From contig JAZDOB010000003.1 in NCBI GenBank assembly GCA_043799105.1, forward strand, positions 1-38,028: a stretch of DNA of 38,028 nucleotides, given 5' to 3'. Positions 9,661 to 19,900 of the stretch are shown piece after piece (within the stretch, counting starts at the first letter, position 1; every line of letters starts with the position of its first letter). This DNA is from Candidatus Zambryskiibacteriota bacterium. GTDB lineage: Bacteria > Patescibacteriota > Minisyncoccia > Phycocordibacterales > WO2-35-19. The notes beneath the pieces were generated by a model. That model ran no database searches. It saw nothing but the letters and a program-made list of their open reading frames with translations, and had not been told where the DNA came from. The position numbers and the translations under genes were made by a program.

Positions 9661-9734
9661 CCCCGTAGTGAATTTTGGCAATGCACAAGGCGTGTAATTT
9701 TTAAAAAATTACCTTGCCAAAATCTACTACGGGG
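9661..9734. mobile_element. 74-bp inverted-repeat element in an extended -10 box
   Basis: Imperfect ~21-bp TIR CCCCGTAGTGAATTTTGGCAA/TTGCCAAAATCTACTACGGGG; direct repeat TAGCA at 9656-9660 and 9735-9739. Confidence 0.75.
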
Positions 9735-9768
9735 TAGCATAAATCGGTATTTTTTGCTTGTGTTTTGA

Positions 9769-9999
9769 TTATATGTCTTTCTCAGATTTTCTCTTTTTTT
9801 TCCAGTTCCAAAATTTGAACTTATCTAAAAACAAAATCCGCACCCCGAGCAGTTCAAGGCCTATTATGGCGAGCCACGAACCGGGAGTAAGAGGTGAAAA
9901 TAAAGCAATAAGACCCACAACGACCAAAACAACTCCGATTGCCTTTTTAACTTTCGGATTGCGATCTATGTATTCTTTAATGATCCTAAACAATTTCAA
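9769..9999 (-). CDS. Small PGPGW-like membrane protein (start uncertain)
   Basis: GVVLVVVGLIALFSPLTPGSWLAIIGLELLG; the called upstream part overlaps tRNA-Leu and was trimmed to TTG. Confidence 0.6.
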   Translation of the reverse strand: MKLFRIIKEYIDRNPKVKKAIGVVLVVVGLIALFSPLTPGSWLAIIGLELLGVRILFLDKFKFWNWKKKRKSEKDI

Positions 10000-10000
10000 G

Positions 10001-10082
10001 TGCTCGGGGGGAGACTTGAACTCCCACGCCTTACGGCATGCGCACCTCAAGCGCACGTGTTTACCAATTACACCACCCGAGC
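10001..10082 (-). tRNA. tRNA-Leu(GAG)
   Basis: GCTCGGG acceptor, TGCGC-TTGAGGT-GCGCA anticodon arm, long variable arm, GTTCAAGT. Confidence 0.95.
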
Positions 10083-10105
10083 AATATGAAAAGTATAGCT
10101 ATTTT

Positions 10106-10534
10106 TTAATTTTTTTCAATTTCTAGAGCGGGAGTTTCAACAACAGTCTCTTCGGCTTCTACCACTTCTCTTATATTTCTCATCTGACGTCTGACATCTT
10201 TTGCCGCTTTTTCGCGGATATGGTAAAGCTTGGCGCGACGGACTTTGGAGCGTTTGACCACTTCTATTTTTTCAATCATAGGAGAATAAAGAGGAAAAAT
10301 TCTTTCTACACCGACACCCGAAGCTACTTTTCTCAAAGTGAAAGTGCCACCCGCTTCTTTGCCGTGTTTAACTGCGAGACATAACCCTTCAAAATCCTGC
10401 AATCTCGTTTTTGGCTTATTGGTCTTTTTGTCTTTTTCAATTATTTTTTGAGTCACACGAACAGTATCTCCGGCCCTGACATCCAGTTTTTTTCTTTCTT
10501 CCATATTTACCGATGATATTTTTATGTTATTCAT
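10106..10534 (-). CDS. rplS: 50S ribosomal protein L19
   Basis: [33 protein letters not shown]. Confidence 0.97.
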   Translation of the reverse strand: MNNIKISSVNMEERKKLDVRAGDTVRVTQKIIEKDKKTNKPKTRLQDFEGLCLAVKHGKEAGGTFTLRKVASGVGVERIFPLYSPMIEKIEVVKRSKVRRAKLYHIREKAAKDVRRQMRNIREVVEAEETVVETPALEIEKN

Positions 10535-10535
10535 A

Positions 10536-11384
10536 TTATTTATTCTTGCCTACCCTTCTTCTGCTGACAATAAATTTGTTGGAATATTTCTTGGCTCGAC
10601 GTGATTTTTGGCCCTTGCCGGTCGGTTTGCCCCATAAGGAAATCGCGCGTCTTCTGCCTCTGCCCTGTCTGCCCTCTCCTCCGCCGTGCGGGTGGTCAAC
10701 AGGATTTTGCGCTGTACCTCTAACAGTCGGGCGGATGCCTTTCCATCTGCTTCGTCCGGCCTTGCCGTAATTTTCAAGTCTTTTTTCTTCATTTGAGACC
10801 TCACCAATCGAGGCCCAGCAAGTTTCTTTCACTTTTCGCACCTCGCTTGAAGGCATTTTCAGATCGACAGAGCCACCATCTTTGGCAATCACTTGGACGA
10901 AGTTGCCTGCCGAACGAGCAATCTTGGCTCCTCCATTTGATTTTAATTCAACATTGTAAACAAAAGCGCCTACAGGTATATTTTTGAGAGGCAGTCTGTT
11001 GCCTCGTTTTGCTTCCGCATTTTCTCCCGTCAAGAGCTCCTCTCCTACTTTTATATTTTTGGGTAAAAGGATATATCTTTTTTCTCCGTCTTTATAAACT
11101 GCAAGACCTATAAACCCGGTGCGATTGGGATCGTATTCTACGGAAACAATCTTATAGGGAATATTTATTTTGTTGTATCTGAAATCAATATCTCTAAATA
11201 ATCTTTTGTGTCCTCCGCCTTTGTGGCGAACGGTTATCCTGCCAACATTGTTTCTGCCGTTTGATCTTCTAAAACCGGAAGTCAAGGATTTAGTCGGCTG
11301 ATTTCCGGTCAATACGGATTTATAAGACACATTGGACATATGTCTTCTGGATTTTGATGTCGGTTTGTAAGTTTTGATGGCCAT
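10536..11384 (-). CDS. rplB: 50S ribosomal protein L2
   Basis: [27 protein letters not shown]. Confidence 0.98.
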   Translation of the reverse strand: MAIKTYKPTSKSRRHMSNVSYKSVLTGNQPTKSLTSGFRRSNGRNNVGRITVRHKGGGHKRLFRDIDFRYNKINIPYKIVSVEYDPNRTGFIGLAVYKDGEKRYILLPKNIKVGEELLTGENAEAKRGNRLPLKNIPVGAFVYNVELKSNGGAKIARSAGNFVQVIAKDGGSVDLKMPSSEVRKVKETCWASIGEVSNEEKRLENYGKAGRSRWKGIRPTVRGTAQNPVDHPHGGGEGRQGRGRRRAISLWGKPTGKGQKSRRAKKYSNKFIVSRRRVGKNK

Positions 11385-11392
11385 GATAATTA

Positions 11393-11424
11393 ATTTAAAG
11401 ATTTAAAGAAGGAAAGATTAAAAG
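11393..11424. repeat. Four 8-bp tandem units (ATTTAAAG-like) in the rplW-rplB spacer
   Basis: ATTTAAAG ATTTAAAG AAGGAAAG ATTAAAAG. Confidence 0.5.
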
Positions 11425-11425
11425 A

Positions 11426-11713
11426 TTACTCAATTTTGTCACCTTGTTTAAGATACACATAAGCCTTTTTAACCCCGGCTTTTGTCCCCTTCTTTCCCCT
11501 TAAGAAAATTTCTTTGGTTGGATTTTTAACTATATTTATTTTGACCGGAGAAACCTTGTAGAAAACTCTGACAGCTTCCGCTACTTGCTTTTTTGTCGCG
11601 CTAGACGCGATTTCAAAAGTGTGAACATTGGTTCCCGCCACGAAAGTGGCTTTTTCGGTAATGCGAGGTCTCAAAAGGATGTCCGCGTATTTTGATTTTA
11701 AATCTGTAGCCAT
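11426..11713 (-). CDS. rplW: 50S ribosomal protein L23
   Basis: RPRITEK, KKAYVYL; operon position. Confidence 0.95.
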   Translation of the reverse strand: MATDLKSKYADILLRPRITEKATFVAGTNVHTFEIASSATKKQVAEAVRVFYKVSPVKINIVKNPTKEIFLRGKKGTKAGVKKAYVYLKQGDKIE

Positions 11714-11717
11714 AAAA

Positions 11718-12377
11718 TTATTTTAGTCTGGCTGATAAAGTTGCCAGCGACTTTTCCGGATCGGTTATAACAATATATCTGTACTGTAAAATATCCAAAA
11801 CATTCAAGTCTTTTATTTGTCCTACTTCCAAATTGCCAAAATTATTAAAACTCTTCGAAGTATTTTCATTTTTATCGGTTATTGCGATAAAGGCGGCATT
11901 ATTTTTTCTTCCGATAGAACCAATTTCTTTGATTTTAGATAAAGCTGTTATAACATTTTTAGCTTCTTTGGTTTTTGGGGCTTTGAAAGAAAGATTGTCT
12001 AGAAAAACCACTTCGCCATCTTTAAACTTGTGAGAAAGTACCGTAAAAAGAGCCCTGGTTTTCATCTTTTTGTTTATTTTTCTTGCAAAGTTTTTTTCAT
12101 TTCTGGGGCCGTGAGAGACACCGCCTCCAACCCAAATAGGGCTTCTTCTTGAACCGTGTCTGGCTCTACCGGTACCTTTTTGTCTCCAAGGTTTTATGCC
12201 GGAACCGGCCACTTCTCCTCTCGTCTTTGTGTGAGCTATGGGTATTCTTTTATTTCCCATCATAGAAGTCGCGACCTGATGCACCAGAGCTTCATTCCAA
12301 GGTAGACCGAAAATGGTCTCTGGCAATTTAAGAGTTCCTGCTTCTTTTCCTTGCTGATTGTATATCTTCGTTTCCAT
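11718..12377 (-). CDS. rplD: 50S ribosomal protein L4
   Basis: KPWRQKGTGRARHGS. Confidence 0.97.
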   Translation of the reverse strand: METKIYNQQGKEAGTLKLPETIFGLPWNEALVHQVATSMMGNKRIPIAHTKTRGEVAGSGIKPWRQKGTGRARHGSRRSPIWVGGGVSHGPRNEKNFARKINKKMKTRALFTVLSHKFKDGEVVFLDNLSFKAPKTKEAKNVITALSKIKEIGSIGRKNNAAFIAITDKNENTSKSFNNFGNLEVGQIKDLNVLDILQYRYIVITDPEKSLATLSARLK

Positions 12378-12385
12378 ATTGTTTT

Positions 12386-12420
12386 TGAATTATGAATACT
12401 GAATCATGAATTATGCATAA
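12386..12420. repeat. Five 7-bp tandem units (TGAATYA-like) in the rplC-rplD spacer
   Basis: TGAATTA TGAATAC TGAATCA TGAATTA TGCATAA. Confidence 0.6.
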
Positions 12421-12423
12421 TTC

Positions 12424-12987
12424 TTAATTCATACTTCTTACTTCAATTAAAGTTCCTCTTCTTCCCGGCACTGCTCCCGAAATAAGCATTTCGCCCGCTT
12501 CTTTATCAACGCCCAGCACTTTAAGATTTTTGACAGTAATTCTGTCGCCACCCATACGACCAGCCATTCTCATACCCTTTATAACCTTGCCACCGGCTCT
12601 GCCTCCGCCACCGATAGAACCCGGCTCTCTTTCGGAATGTTTTTGACCGTGGCTACGAGGACCGCCGTGAAAGCCGTGTCTTTTTACCACCCCCTGAAAA
12701 CCTTTACCCTTGGAAATAGCGCTTATTGCAACCTTATCGCCAACCGCAAAAGTTTCTATGGATATGCTGTCGCCCTTGTTCAGCGTGGAAGCTTCCTCTG
12801 TTTTTGTTCTGAATTCTTTTCGATTTTTTGAATTATCAATCTGCACAGCATTATAACCGTCTTTTTCTTTGGTTTTAATCTGGGAAACGGTCACCGGTCC
12901 CACGTTTAAGACGGTCGCCGGCTGTACAGCTCCATTCTCCCCAAAAATCTGGGTCATATTCACCTTTTTTGCAAGTATAAATTTCAT
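12424..12987 (-). CDS. rplC: 50S ribosomal protein L3
   Basis: Start MKFILAKK at 12987; SKGKGFQGVVKRH, GMRMAGRMG. Confidence 0.96.
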   Translation of the reverse strand: MKFILAKKVNMTQIFGENGAVQPATVLNVGPVTVSQIKTKEKDGYNAVQIDNSKNRKEFRTKTEEASTLNKGDSISIETFAVGDKVAISAISKGKGFQGVVKRHGFHGGPRSHGQKHSEREPGSIGGGGRAGGKVIKGMRMAGRMGGDRITVKNLKVLGVDKEAGEMLISGAVPGRRGTLIEVRSMN

Positions 12988-13001
12988 TTTAATTAAAAAA
13001 C

Positions 13002-13031
13002 CCTCCTCCGCTAAAGCTTCGGCGGGCGAAG
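13002..13031 (+). repeat. CTYCGC-N4-GCTWCG family micro-element in the rplC leader
   Basis: CCTCCTCCGCTAAAGCTTCGGCGGGCGAAG; relatives at 706-763 and 24219-24248. Confidence 0.6.
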
Positions 13032-13087
13032 AAAAACGCCCATTCGGCTTCAGTAGATTAACAAATCTCCCCCCAAAACGCAAGTCT

Positions 13088-13348
13088 CTACCTATACAAT
13101 TCCGAATGGGTGCCAATTTTCATAAAAATCACAACACCATTGTCTTTTGGTTCGAAAAGAACCCTATAATCACCGGTTATATTTACGCTCCTCCATCCCG
13201 GATATATAAACTCCACCGAATGGTTGCATAACAAAGCGTTAAAAGGCTCTTTTAAAAACAATCCGACTCTTTCAAAATAATTCCGCCTTATTTTAGGAGA
13301 TAATTTTTTAAACTGCTTTTTGAAATTTTTATGTAATCGTATTTCCAT
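13088..13348 (-). CDS. RelE/YafQ-family mRNA interferase toxin
   Basis: HKNFKKQFKKL, RSVNITGDYR, IGTHSELY. Confidence 0.88.
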   Translation of the reverse strand: MEIRLHKNFKKQFKKLSPKIRRNYFERVGLFLKEPFNALLCNHSVEFIYPGWRSVNITGDYRVLFEPKDNGVVIFMKIGTHSELYR

Positions 13349-13621
13349 TTATTTCCCAAGGTATGCTTTCATTTCTTCAACCGTATGAAAAACTGGAGAA
13401 AGATTCTTGCCTTCTTTTATGTCCCTAGAAATCTTTAACAATTCGCGAATCGTTTTGGCATTAAGCCTCGGTCTTTCCACAATATCCACAGTGCAATCGC
13501 CCTCAGCTAAAGATACGGTTGCGTGTCTATAATAATCCGAGAGGGAGAAACCGCCCTTTTTGGCTTGTTTTTGAGCTTTTTCCTTAATTTTTTTATCAAC
13601 TTTAAATATTATTGTATCCAT
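13349..13621 (-). CDS. RelB/DinJ-like antitoxin
   Basis: RHH-like N-terminus, C-terminal KNLSPVFHTVEEM; directly upstream of the toxin. Confidence 0.8.
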   Translation of the reverse strand: MDTIIFKVDKKIKEKAQKQAKKGGFSLSDYYRHATVSLAEGDCTVDIVERPRLNAKTIRELLKISRDIKEGKNLSPVFHTVEEMKAYLGK

Positions 13622-13700
13622 CCCGTTAGAAATAGGAAATTTTTAATTTCCGTAGTTAATTTATAATCCCCAGGATCTCGTTAATATATTTCTAACGGGA
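13621..13700 (-). mobile_element. Start-codon-targeted element, copy 2 (80 bp)
   Basis: 14-bp TIR TCCCGTTAGAAATA; direct repeat TCCA at 13617-13620 and 13701-13704. Confidence 0.85.
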
Positions 13701-13757
13701 TCCATATATAAGAAGTATAAACGTTGTATATATCTTGTCAAGTCCAAAAGTGGATAA

Positions 13758-13786
13758 TTGACACAGACTTTATCCCCCACTACAAT
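13758..13786 (+). promoter_or_regulatory. Sigma70 promoter of the VOC gene (divergent TA promoter at 13741-13714)
   Basis: TTGACA-17-TACAAT; opposite strand TTGACA-16-TATACT. Confidence 0.7.
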
Positions 13787-13816
13787 TAACCCATATTAGT
13801 AGCTAACCAAAATATT

Positions 13817-14167
13817 ATGGGGGAGCATCTTACTCATTTTATGATAAGTGCAAGAGACGTTCACAGTTCCGTTGAATTTTATAAAGAAAAATTTGGCTTT
13901 GAAGTTGAGGACGAAACAGAAAGCTGGGCCGAATTGAAAATGGAAAACGGTATGGAATTGGCCATCAAAAAAGCCGAGGAAGAATCAATTGGTTCAAGCG
14001 GTCTCGGTTTTGCGGTAAACAATTGCAGAAAAGCCACCGATGTACTCAGAGAACGCGGAGCAAAAATTGTAAAAGATTGTGAGCCGAGAGAGAACGGCTC
14101 AAAAATCCTCACTCAAGTCAAAGACCCTGATGGCGATATCATTGGGCTGGTGCAAAAAGTAAAATAA
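13817..14167 (+). CDS. VOC/glyoxalase-family protein
   Basis: SVEFYKEKFGF, KDPDGDIIGL. Confidence 0.85.
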   Translation: MGEHLTHFMISARDVHSSVEFYKEKFGFEVEDETESWAELKMENGMELAIKKAEEESIGSSGLGFAVNNCRKATDVLRERGAKIVKDCEPRENGSKILTQVKDPDGDIIGLVQKVK

Positions 14168-14175
14168 CGCAACGA

Positions 14176-14406
14176 TTAAATATTTTTCAAAATAATTTCG
14201 TATTCTTTCGCGGATATGCCGAGCAAACGAATATTGTTATGAATGATAAAGAGTTCAAGCTGTTTTCTTCTGGGTACTATGATTGGACGAGGTAATCCTT
14301 GTTTCCAATATACTCTATGGTCGCCTTTTTCACGCACAAATTCGCATCCGACATACAAAAGAAATTTTTCAAATTTCTTCCAATGTATGCGAGAAATTTT
14401 TGGCAT
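14176..14406 (-). CDS. hicA: HicA-family toxin
   Basis: GCEFVREKGDH, PIIVP. Confidence 0.85.
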   Translation of the reverse strand: MPKISRIHWKKFEKFLLYVGCEFVREKGDHRVYWKQGLPRPIIVPRRKQLELFIIHNNIRLLGISAKEYEIILKNI

Positions 14407-14409
14407 GCC

Positions 14410-14691
14410 TTAAACAGTTACCGGTAAAACACCTTGGGATACGAAAATTGGTGGCATCCATTGTTTCGTTTTTGAAACTTTTTTCCAACCCAAAGATGAC
14501 AAAACCTCATCAAGAGTTCCGTGTTTGCATATTTCTTCAATAAAAATGCTCACCGCTTCGGCTATATTTTTCTCGGCTTCCTTAAGAGTCTTACCGGCGC
14601 TTGATAAATCCAAAGCAGGAGTATAAGCGACAAATGATTTGTCTTCCTTAAAATAGCTTACCGGAACATTTATTTGCATACGAGCTTTCAT
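14410..14691 (-). CDS. hicB: HicB-family antitoxin (short, no obvious DNA-binding domain)
   Basis: FVAYTPALDLSSAGKTLKEA; ATG at 14691. Confidence 0.82.
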   Translation of the reverse strand: MKARMQINVPVSYFKEDKSFVAYTPALDLSSAGKTLKEAEKNIAEAVSIFIEEICKHGTLDEVLSSLGWKKVSKTKQWMPPIFVSQGVLPVTV

Positions 14692-14721
14692 AAGCACTAT
14701 GATAGCACAAAAATCAAAACG

Positions 14722-15087
14722 TTACATTATCTTGACGTCAATATTTACTCCGGATGGCAAAGAGAGATTGGTCAGAGAGTCCATTATTTTTGGAGAGGGG
14801 TTTATGATGTCTATCACTCTGCGGTGCACGCGCATTTCAAATTGCTCGCGAGCATTTTTATAGACGAAAGGAGAACGATTGACTGTCCATTTTTTTGTTT
14901 CAGTCGGCAGAGGTATCGGTCCCACAATCTTGGCGTCATAACGCAAAGCTGTATCAATAATCTGCTTGACCGAAACATCAAGGATCTTATACTCATAAGC
15001 CATCACTCTGATACGCAATTTAGAAATGGGCTCTTCTTTTTTGGCCTTAGTCGTTTTCTTTGGTTTTTTTAATGTACTCTCTGCCAT
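14722..15087 (-). CDS. rpsJ: 30S ribosomal protein S10
   Basis: GPIPLPT, RSPF, REQFEMRVHRR. Confidence 0.97.
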   Translation of the reverse strand: MAESTLKKPKKTTKAKKEEPISKLRIRVMAYEYKILDVSVKQIIDTALRYDAKIVGPIPLPTETKKWTVNRSPFVYKNAREQFEMRVHRRVIDIINPSPKIMDSLTNLSLPSGVNIDVKIM

Positions 15088-15104
15088 TTTTGTTGTTAAA
15101 GTGC

Positions 15105-15180
15105 GACACTAATCCACTAATTCATGCGAATGACACTAATTTCTTATTCGTAAATTCGTGCACATTCGTGTATTGGTGTC
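15105..15180. repeat. Inverted pair of ATTMGTG-unit micro-repeats between tuf and rpsJ
   Basis: GACACTAAT...ATTGGTGTC ends; left arm matches 34904-34939. Confidence 0.65.
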
Positions 15181-15185
15181 ATGTA

Positions 15186-16388
15186 TTAAGCTACGATTTT
15201 GGTTACTACTCCCGCGCCCACCGTCTTGCCTCCTTCACGGATAGCAAATCTTTGCTGAGCTTCAAGGGCTACCGGAGCTACTAATTTAACTTTAAAAGTA
15301 ACGGTATCTCCCGGCATAACCATCTCTACACCTTCCTTCAAAGTCACCTCTCCGGTCACATCCGTGGTCCTGATGTAGAACTGGGGTTTGTATCCGGTAA
15401 AGAATGGTGTGTGTCTGCCTCCTTCTTCTTTCTTCAAGATGTAAACTTCCGATTCAAAGTCGGTATGAGGAGTAACAGAACCCGGTTTGGCAATAACCTG
15501 ACCGCGGTGCACGTCTTCTTTCTTAAGGCCTCGGAGCAAGATGCCTGCATTGTCTCCAGCCATACCTTCCTGAAGCTGTTTGTTGAACATTTCAATTCCG
15601 GTAACTGTAGTTTTCTGAGCGGCCTTAAGACCAATGACATCTACGTCTTCACCAATCTTAACTACACCCCTTTCAATCTTTCCTGTGACTACGGTACCTC
15701 GGCCCTCAATTGAGAAAATGTCTTCAATCGGCATAAGGAAAGGCTTGTCTAGCTCGCGAGCAGGCTGAGGAATGTAGGTGTCAAGAGTGTTTATAAGTTC
15801 GACGACCTTCCCTGCCCATTCATCACTAGCGTCTTTGGCTTCCAAAGCTTTAAGGGCAGAGCCGCGAATGATGGGGGCGGCGGCGCCGTCGTAATGATTT
15901 TTGGTCAAAAGCTCGCGAATTTCCTCTTCAACCAAATCAATCAAATCCTGTTCGGCCACCATATCGCACTTGTTTAGGAAAACTATAATTTTAGGAACGC
16001 CAACTTGGTAAGCCAAAAGTATGTGCTCTCTGGTTTGGGGCATCACTCCGTCGGTAGCAGCAACAACGAGAACAGCGCCGTCCATTTGAGCTGCGCCGGT
16101 AATCATGTTTTTGATGTAGTCGGCATGTCCCGGAGCGTCAATGTGGGCGTAGTGTCTGGTGGGAGTCCAGTATTCAGAGTGGTGCAAGGCGATGGTAATG
16201 CCTCGAGCTTTTTCTTCCGGAGCGTTATCAATGTTGTCAATGCCTTCAACGCGAGCGCCATATCCTTCACCTTTTTTCATGTCAAGGATCTTAAGAATCG
16301 CCGCTGTCAGGGTTGTTTTGCCGTGGTCAACGTGTCCAATGGTACCAACGTTGACGTGAGGTTTGGAACGATCAAATGCTTCTGCCAT
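15186..16388 (-). CDS. tuf: Elongation factor Tu
   Basis: [26 protein letters not shown]. Confidence 0.99.
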   Translation of the reverse strand: MAEAFDRSKPHVNVGTIGHVDHGKTTLTAAILKILDMKKGEGYGARVEGIDNIDNAPEEKARGITIALHHSEYWTPTRHYAHIDAPGHADYIKNMITGAAQMDGAVLVVAATDGVMPQTREHILLAYQVGVPKIIVFLNKCDMVAEQDLIDLVEEEIRELLTKNHYDGAAAPIIRGSALKALEAKDASDEWAGKVVELINTLDTYIPQPARELDKPFLMPIEDIFSIEGRGTVVTGKIERGVVKIGEDVDVIGLKAAQKTTVTGIEMFNKQLQEGMAGDNAGILLRGLKKEDVHRGQVIAKPGSVTPHTDFESEVYILKKEEGGRHTPFFTGYKPQFYIRTTDVTGEVTLKEGVEMVMPGDTVTFKVKLVAPVALEAQQRFAIREGGKTVGAGVVTKIVA

Positions 16389-16498
16389 AATATTTTGATT
16401 ATTTTGTTATTAATTTCTAAAAACTACAGCGCAAAATACAAGCGCCTTTTTTATCAATAAACTATATACTAACAAACTGGGAAAAGAAGTCAAATACC

Positions 16499-16593
16499 TA
16501 ACTCATCCCCTGCCCCTTCTCTTAAATTAAGAGAAGGGGTCGAAGACCCATCCATAAATCCCCTCTTAGGTTAAGAGGGGTTTGGGGAGTTAG
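16499..16593. repeat. Inverted pair of CCCYTCT-hairpin REP-like elements
   Basis: TAACTCATCCCC..CCCCTTCTCTTAAATTAAGAGAAGGGG and CCCCTCTTAGGTTAAGAGGGG..GGGGAGTTAG. Confidence 0.7.
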
Positions 16594-16595
16594 AC

Positions 16596-16895
16596 TCAAG
16601 CAAAGATGCCGGAGGTGGCGCGTTTGAGACGGGACATCTCTTCGGAGACTATTTTGTCAAAATCGGGTATTCGAGATTTAAGGAAAGAAATAATCTTTTG
16701 GTAATCGCTACCGGCATTGGTGATTGCCTCCTCAAACTCATTCATAGCACCTTCATCCATTACATCAATAGCTCTTTCTACTACCGATTCAAAAAGCAAA
16801 TTTCCTATCTTTTCAATCATTTTTTCCTGCTCTCTTGAATCCATATTTTCCAACCCGAAATCTTTAGCTATTTTTTTATTAAACTCTTCGTTCAT
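16596..16895 (-). CDS. Small helical protein, DUF5663-like
   Basis: FGLENM..EQEKMIEKIG, IPDFDKIVSEE. Confidence 0.7.
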   Translation of the reverse strand: MNEEFNKKIAKDFGLENMDSREQEKMIEKIGNLLFESVVERAIDVMDEGAMNEFEEAITNAGSDYQKIISFLKSRIPDFDKIVSEEMSRLKRATSGIFA

Positions 16896-16919
16896 TATGT
16901 TATGGTTTATTATATAATT

Positions 16920-19900
16920 TTAAGCCGCTTTTTGTAAATTTTCTAATTGTGATGTTTCCAGAGGAAGAGACCCTATGAGACGTAACATATATTCGCCGGG
17001 ATGTTCTTCTTCTCTTGGAATAATTATATTTCCGGTTTGTTTATCAATCTCCCCAATGACGTGTATGAGCCCTTCCAAAAATCGCTGGTTTTGCGGTAAT
17101 TCCATAATTTTCAAAAACTTTGCCGGCAATTTTTCACGCTCTTCTTTTTTGGTGTATTGGATAAGATTTTTTGCCACAAAGCCCTCCAATTCTTTCCACT
17201 CTTTTGAATCTATACCCTTCACTCTGCCAAAGCCCATCATACCTTTCTTGCCGTGAGTCTCATTAATACCGTTTTCAAAAGTTTCTTTGGCTATTTGAGC
17301 AGATACTCTCATTTCTTGAGCTTTTTTAGAATCAGAAACAAAAGTTCTTTCCAAATTTCCATTTCCGGCACCTTCAGTTTTTTGTCCACCAAAAGATCCC
17401 GCGGTCGCCACACCAGCTGCCAACCCGGCTGTCCCCGCCATTCCAGCCATAATCTTTTTATCAATAATCGGAGGTTTTTTAATATTCCTCTCAAGCTCAT
17501 TCAGTCTTTGTTGGTATGCATCAATTTCTTTGTTTAATTGATTTTCATCTAAAGTCTTAGGCACCGGGGCCGGAATCGGTTCAGCTTTTCCAAGGGCTGC
17601 TTTTGCCGTAGCGCTTGGGCTTCCCGAACTTTCCGGTCCCAATCTTATTGGCGTAGGTTCTAGTATCGGCTCTTGCATTGGTTCGGGAATATTTTCAACT
17701 ATTTTAGGTTTAGTCGCTAAAATTTCAGAAACTTTATCAATGGTAAGGGGTTCGTTATGATGTGCAATATTGTAAGTTTCTATTTGTTTTCGTAATTCTT
17801 CGGCATACTCCTGTTCTTTTGGAGTCATATCAGCTGCTCCTTTCAGAACTCTTTTGATTTCATCCGGATCATTCAGAAGTTTTGACAAACTAATTTCTTG
17901 ATTCAGTTCAAGCTTAACTCCAAATCCTTCGTCAGGAATAAAGCCGTATTCCTTTGGATTTTTAACCAACTTATTGGTAAAAAAGCTCACTACATTGTCT
18001 TTTTGACCTGGATTAAAACGATTAAATTGTTCGTTTTCTTTAAATACTTTCTCAATAGCCTTCCAGGCAGAATTAGTATTTCCTTCGATTTTTATATGTT
18101 CCAAATTTTCCGGATTCTCAAAAATTTCTTTTGAAATCTTCATCTGATTTATTTGATCCATATCTATCGGAGGTTTTGGTTTGATATCTTCTATATCTAG
18201 TGACGGCTCCGGAACAGTCGGCTCGGTCAAAACTTCTGGCCCGGGTTTAGGAGCGGAAGGAATATCTGACAGTTTTGGTGTTGGTGCATGTCCGGCAGGC
18301 ATGACATCTGGACGATTGGCTCCCCCCTCGGGAGCAGAAGGTTTACCAACCCCACCCACCAAATGCTCGGAAAGTCCGCTGAGCAATCCGGCCCCCGCGC
18401 CAAGTCCGATAGTCAAAATTGCTTTATTCAATTTAATTTTTCTTCTCTTTTCTCCGTACTCTCCGCTTATCTTGGCCAGCTCTTTTGATTTTTCTTCCAG
18501 TGTTTTGTCTGAGGCTTTCAGAGCTTCAGTTTTTTCTTTTTCTTCTTTATCCAAATCTTCAAGAGACCATCCTTTCTTCCTTTCTCCTATTACAGCGCCC
18601 AATGTCGAACCGCCAAAAGAAGCCCCCGCGCGAGCCAAACGCATGCCCGTGTAGCCAACCGCTCCGATGGAACCGGCAGCCCCGAGACCAAGGCCAATCG
18701 CGGTACCTAGAGTAAAATTTATTGCCATTCTTTGCGCTCTCGGCAATTTCAGATACCACTGCATGGTCCTGCTTCCCGCCATTTTTGCGAGCCCTATTTT
18801 TCCTTTATCTAACCAGGTCTTCTCTCTGTTTGCTTTCAGGGCATTGAGATAGGCATCATTTTCTTTTTGAACTAGTTCTTCAAAAATGGAATCATTAATC
18901 TTCGATTTTTGTTCTGGGGTTGCGGAACTTTCATCTATCCCGAGATTTTCATACGCCTGTCTTTTTAGCAGATCAGCCACCTTTTCTCTTTCTTTGGCAT
19001 ATTTTGTCCGCAAATCTTTGTCGCTAAGTTTCAATGTGCTTCTGTCGGAAGTCTCGTCTTTTGCTAATTCATCTCTCAATTTTTTAAACTCTTTCCATTC
19101 GTCGCTATCATTCCATTCAAGAGTATCTTCCACTGGAGTTATTGGTTGAGATTGAACCTCAGGTTGAATATTTTTCTCCGAAACTTCTGAGATAGCTGGT
19201 TCTGTCATAGCATTTGCGGTCTTCTCTTTGGTAAGTTGATGCTCCAAGGAATCTAATTCCTCCGAGAATTCTTTTGCTTCTTCATCCGGTGATTTTTCCG
19301 CTTCTGATACCGGTTCCTGGGATGATTCCATTTGAATTTCCGGGAGAGATTCTGATATTGGGACAGAAATCGGCTCTATCACAGGTTCGGAGGATACCGC
19401 TGTTTCTGGCGGGACTTCCGGAGCCGAAACGAGTTCTGGAACCGAAGGTTGGATCATTGTTGGGTCCAATTCCATCAATTTAGAAGTGAAAAAAACCTCA
19501 TCGTGTGACGACTCATCATGATAAGGAATGTGAAATTTCTCTTCCGTTTCACTTACTTTATTTAAGAGATTATTGAGAGTATCTTGAATTTCTTTTTCCT
19601 GCTCTTTCATAGCTGAACCATCTTTTAATGCTTTTCGCACCTCGTCCAGTTTTTTCTGAGTCGCAAAAAGTTCTACATTATTTTTTAAATATTCAATTTC
19701 TGTGACCTTATCCATCTCAGGAAGGCTTTCCACCCTAGTTTCCGTTTGTAGCGGGGAAATTGTTTCTGCAGTCAATTTTTTTAGTCTGTTTTCAAGATAT
19801 TCTTTGCTACGACCATTTGTGGTGTGGTTGTAGGTGCTATTGGCCATTTGCTCACTTACTTTACTCATCTCCTCAAATAACTCATCCGTGGATTTACCGG

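Noticed and set aside
10000-10056. 5' part of ORF 9769..10056
   Set aside because: Lies inside tRNA-Leu
12988-13116. N-terminal extension of L3 in the ORF track
   Set aside because: Overlaps the toxin gene, the promoter and a repeat; the true start is 12987
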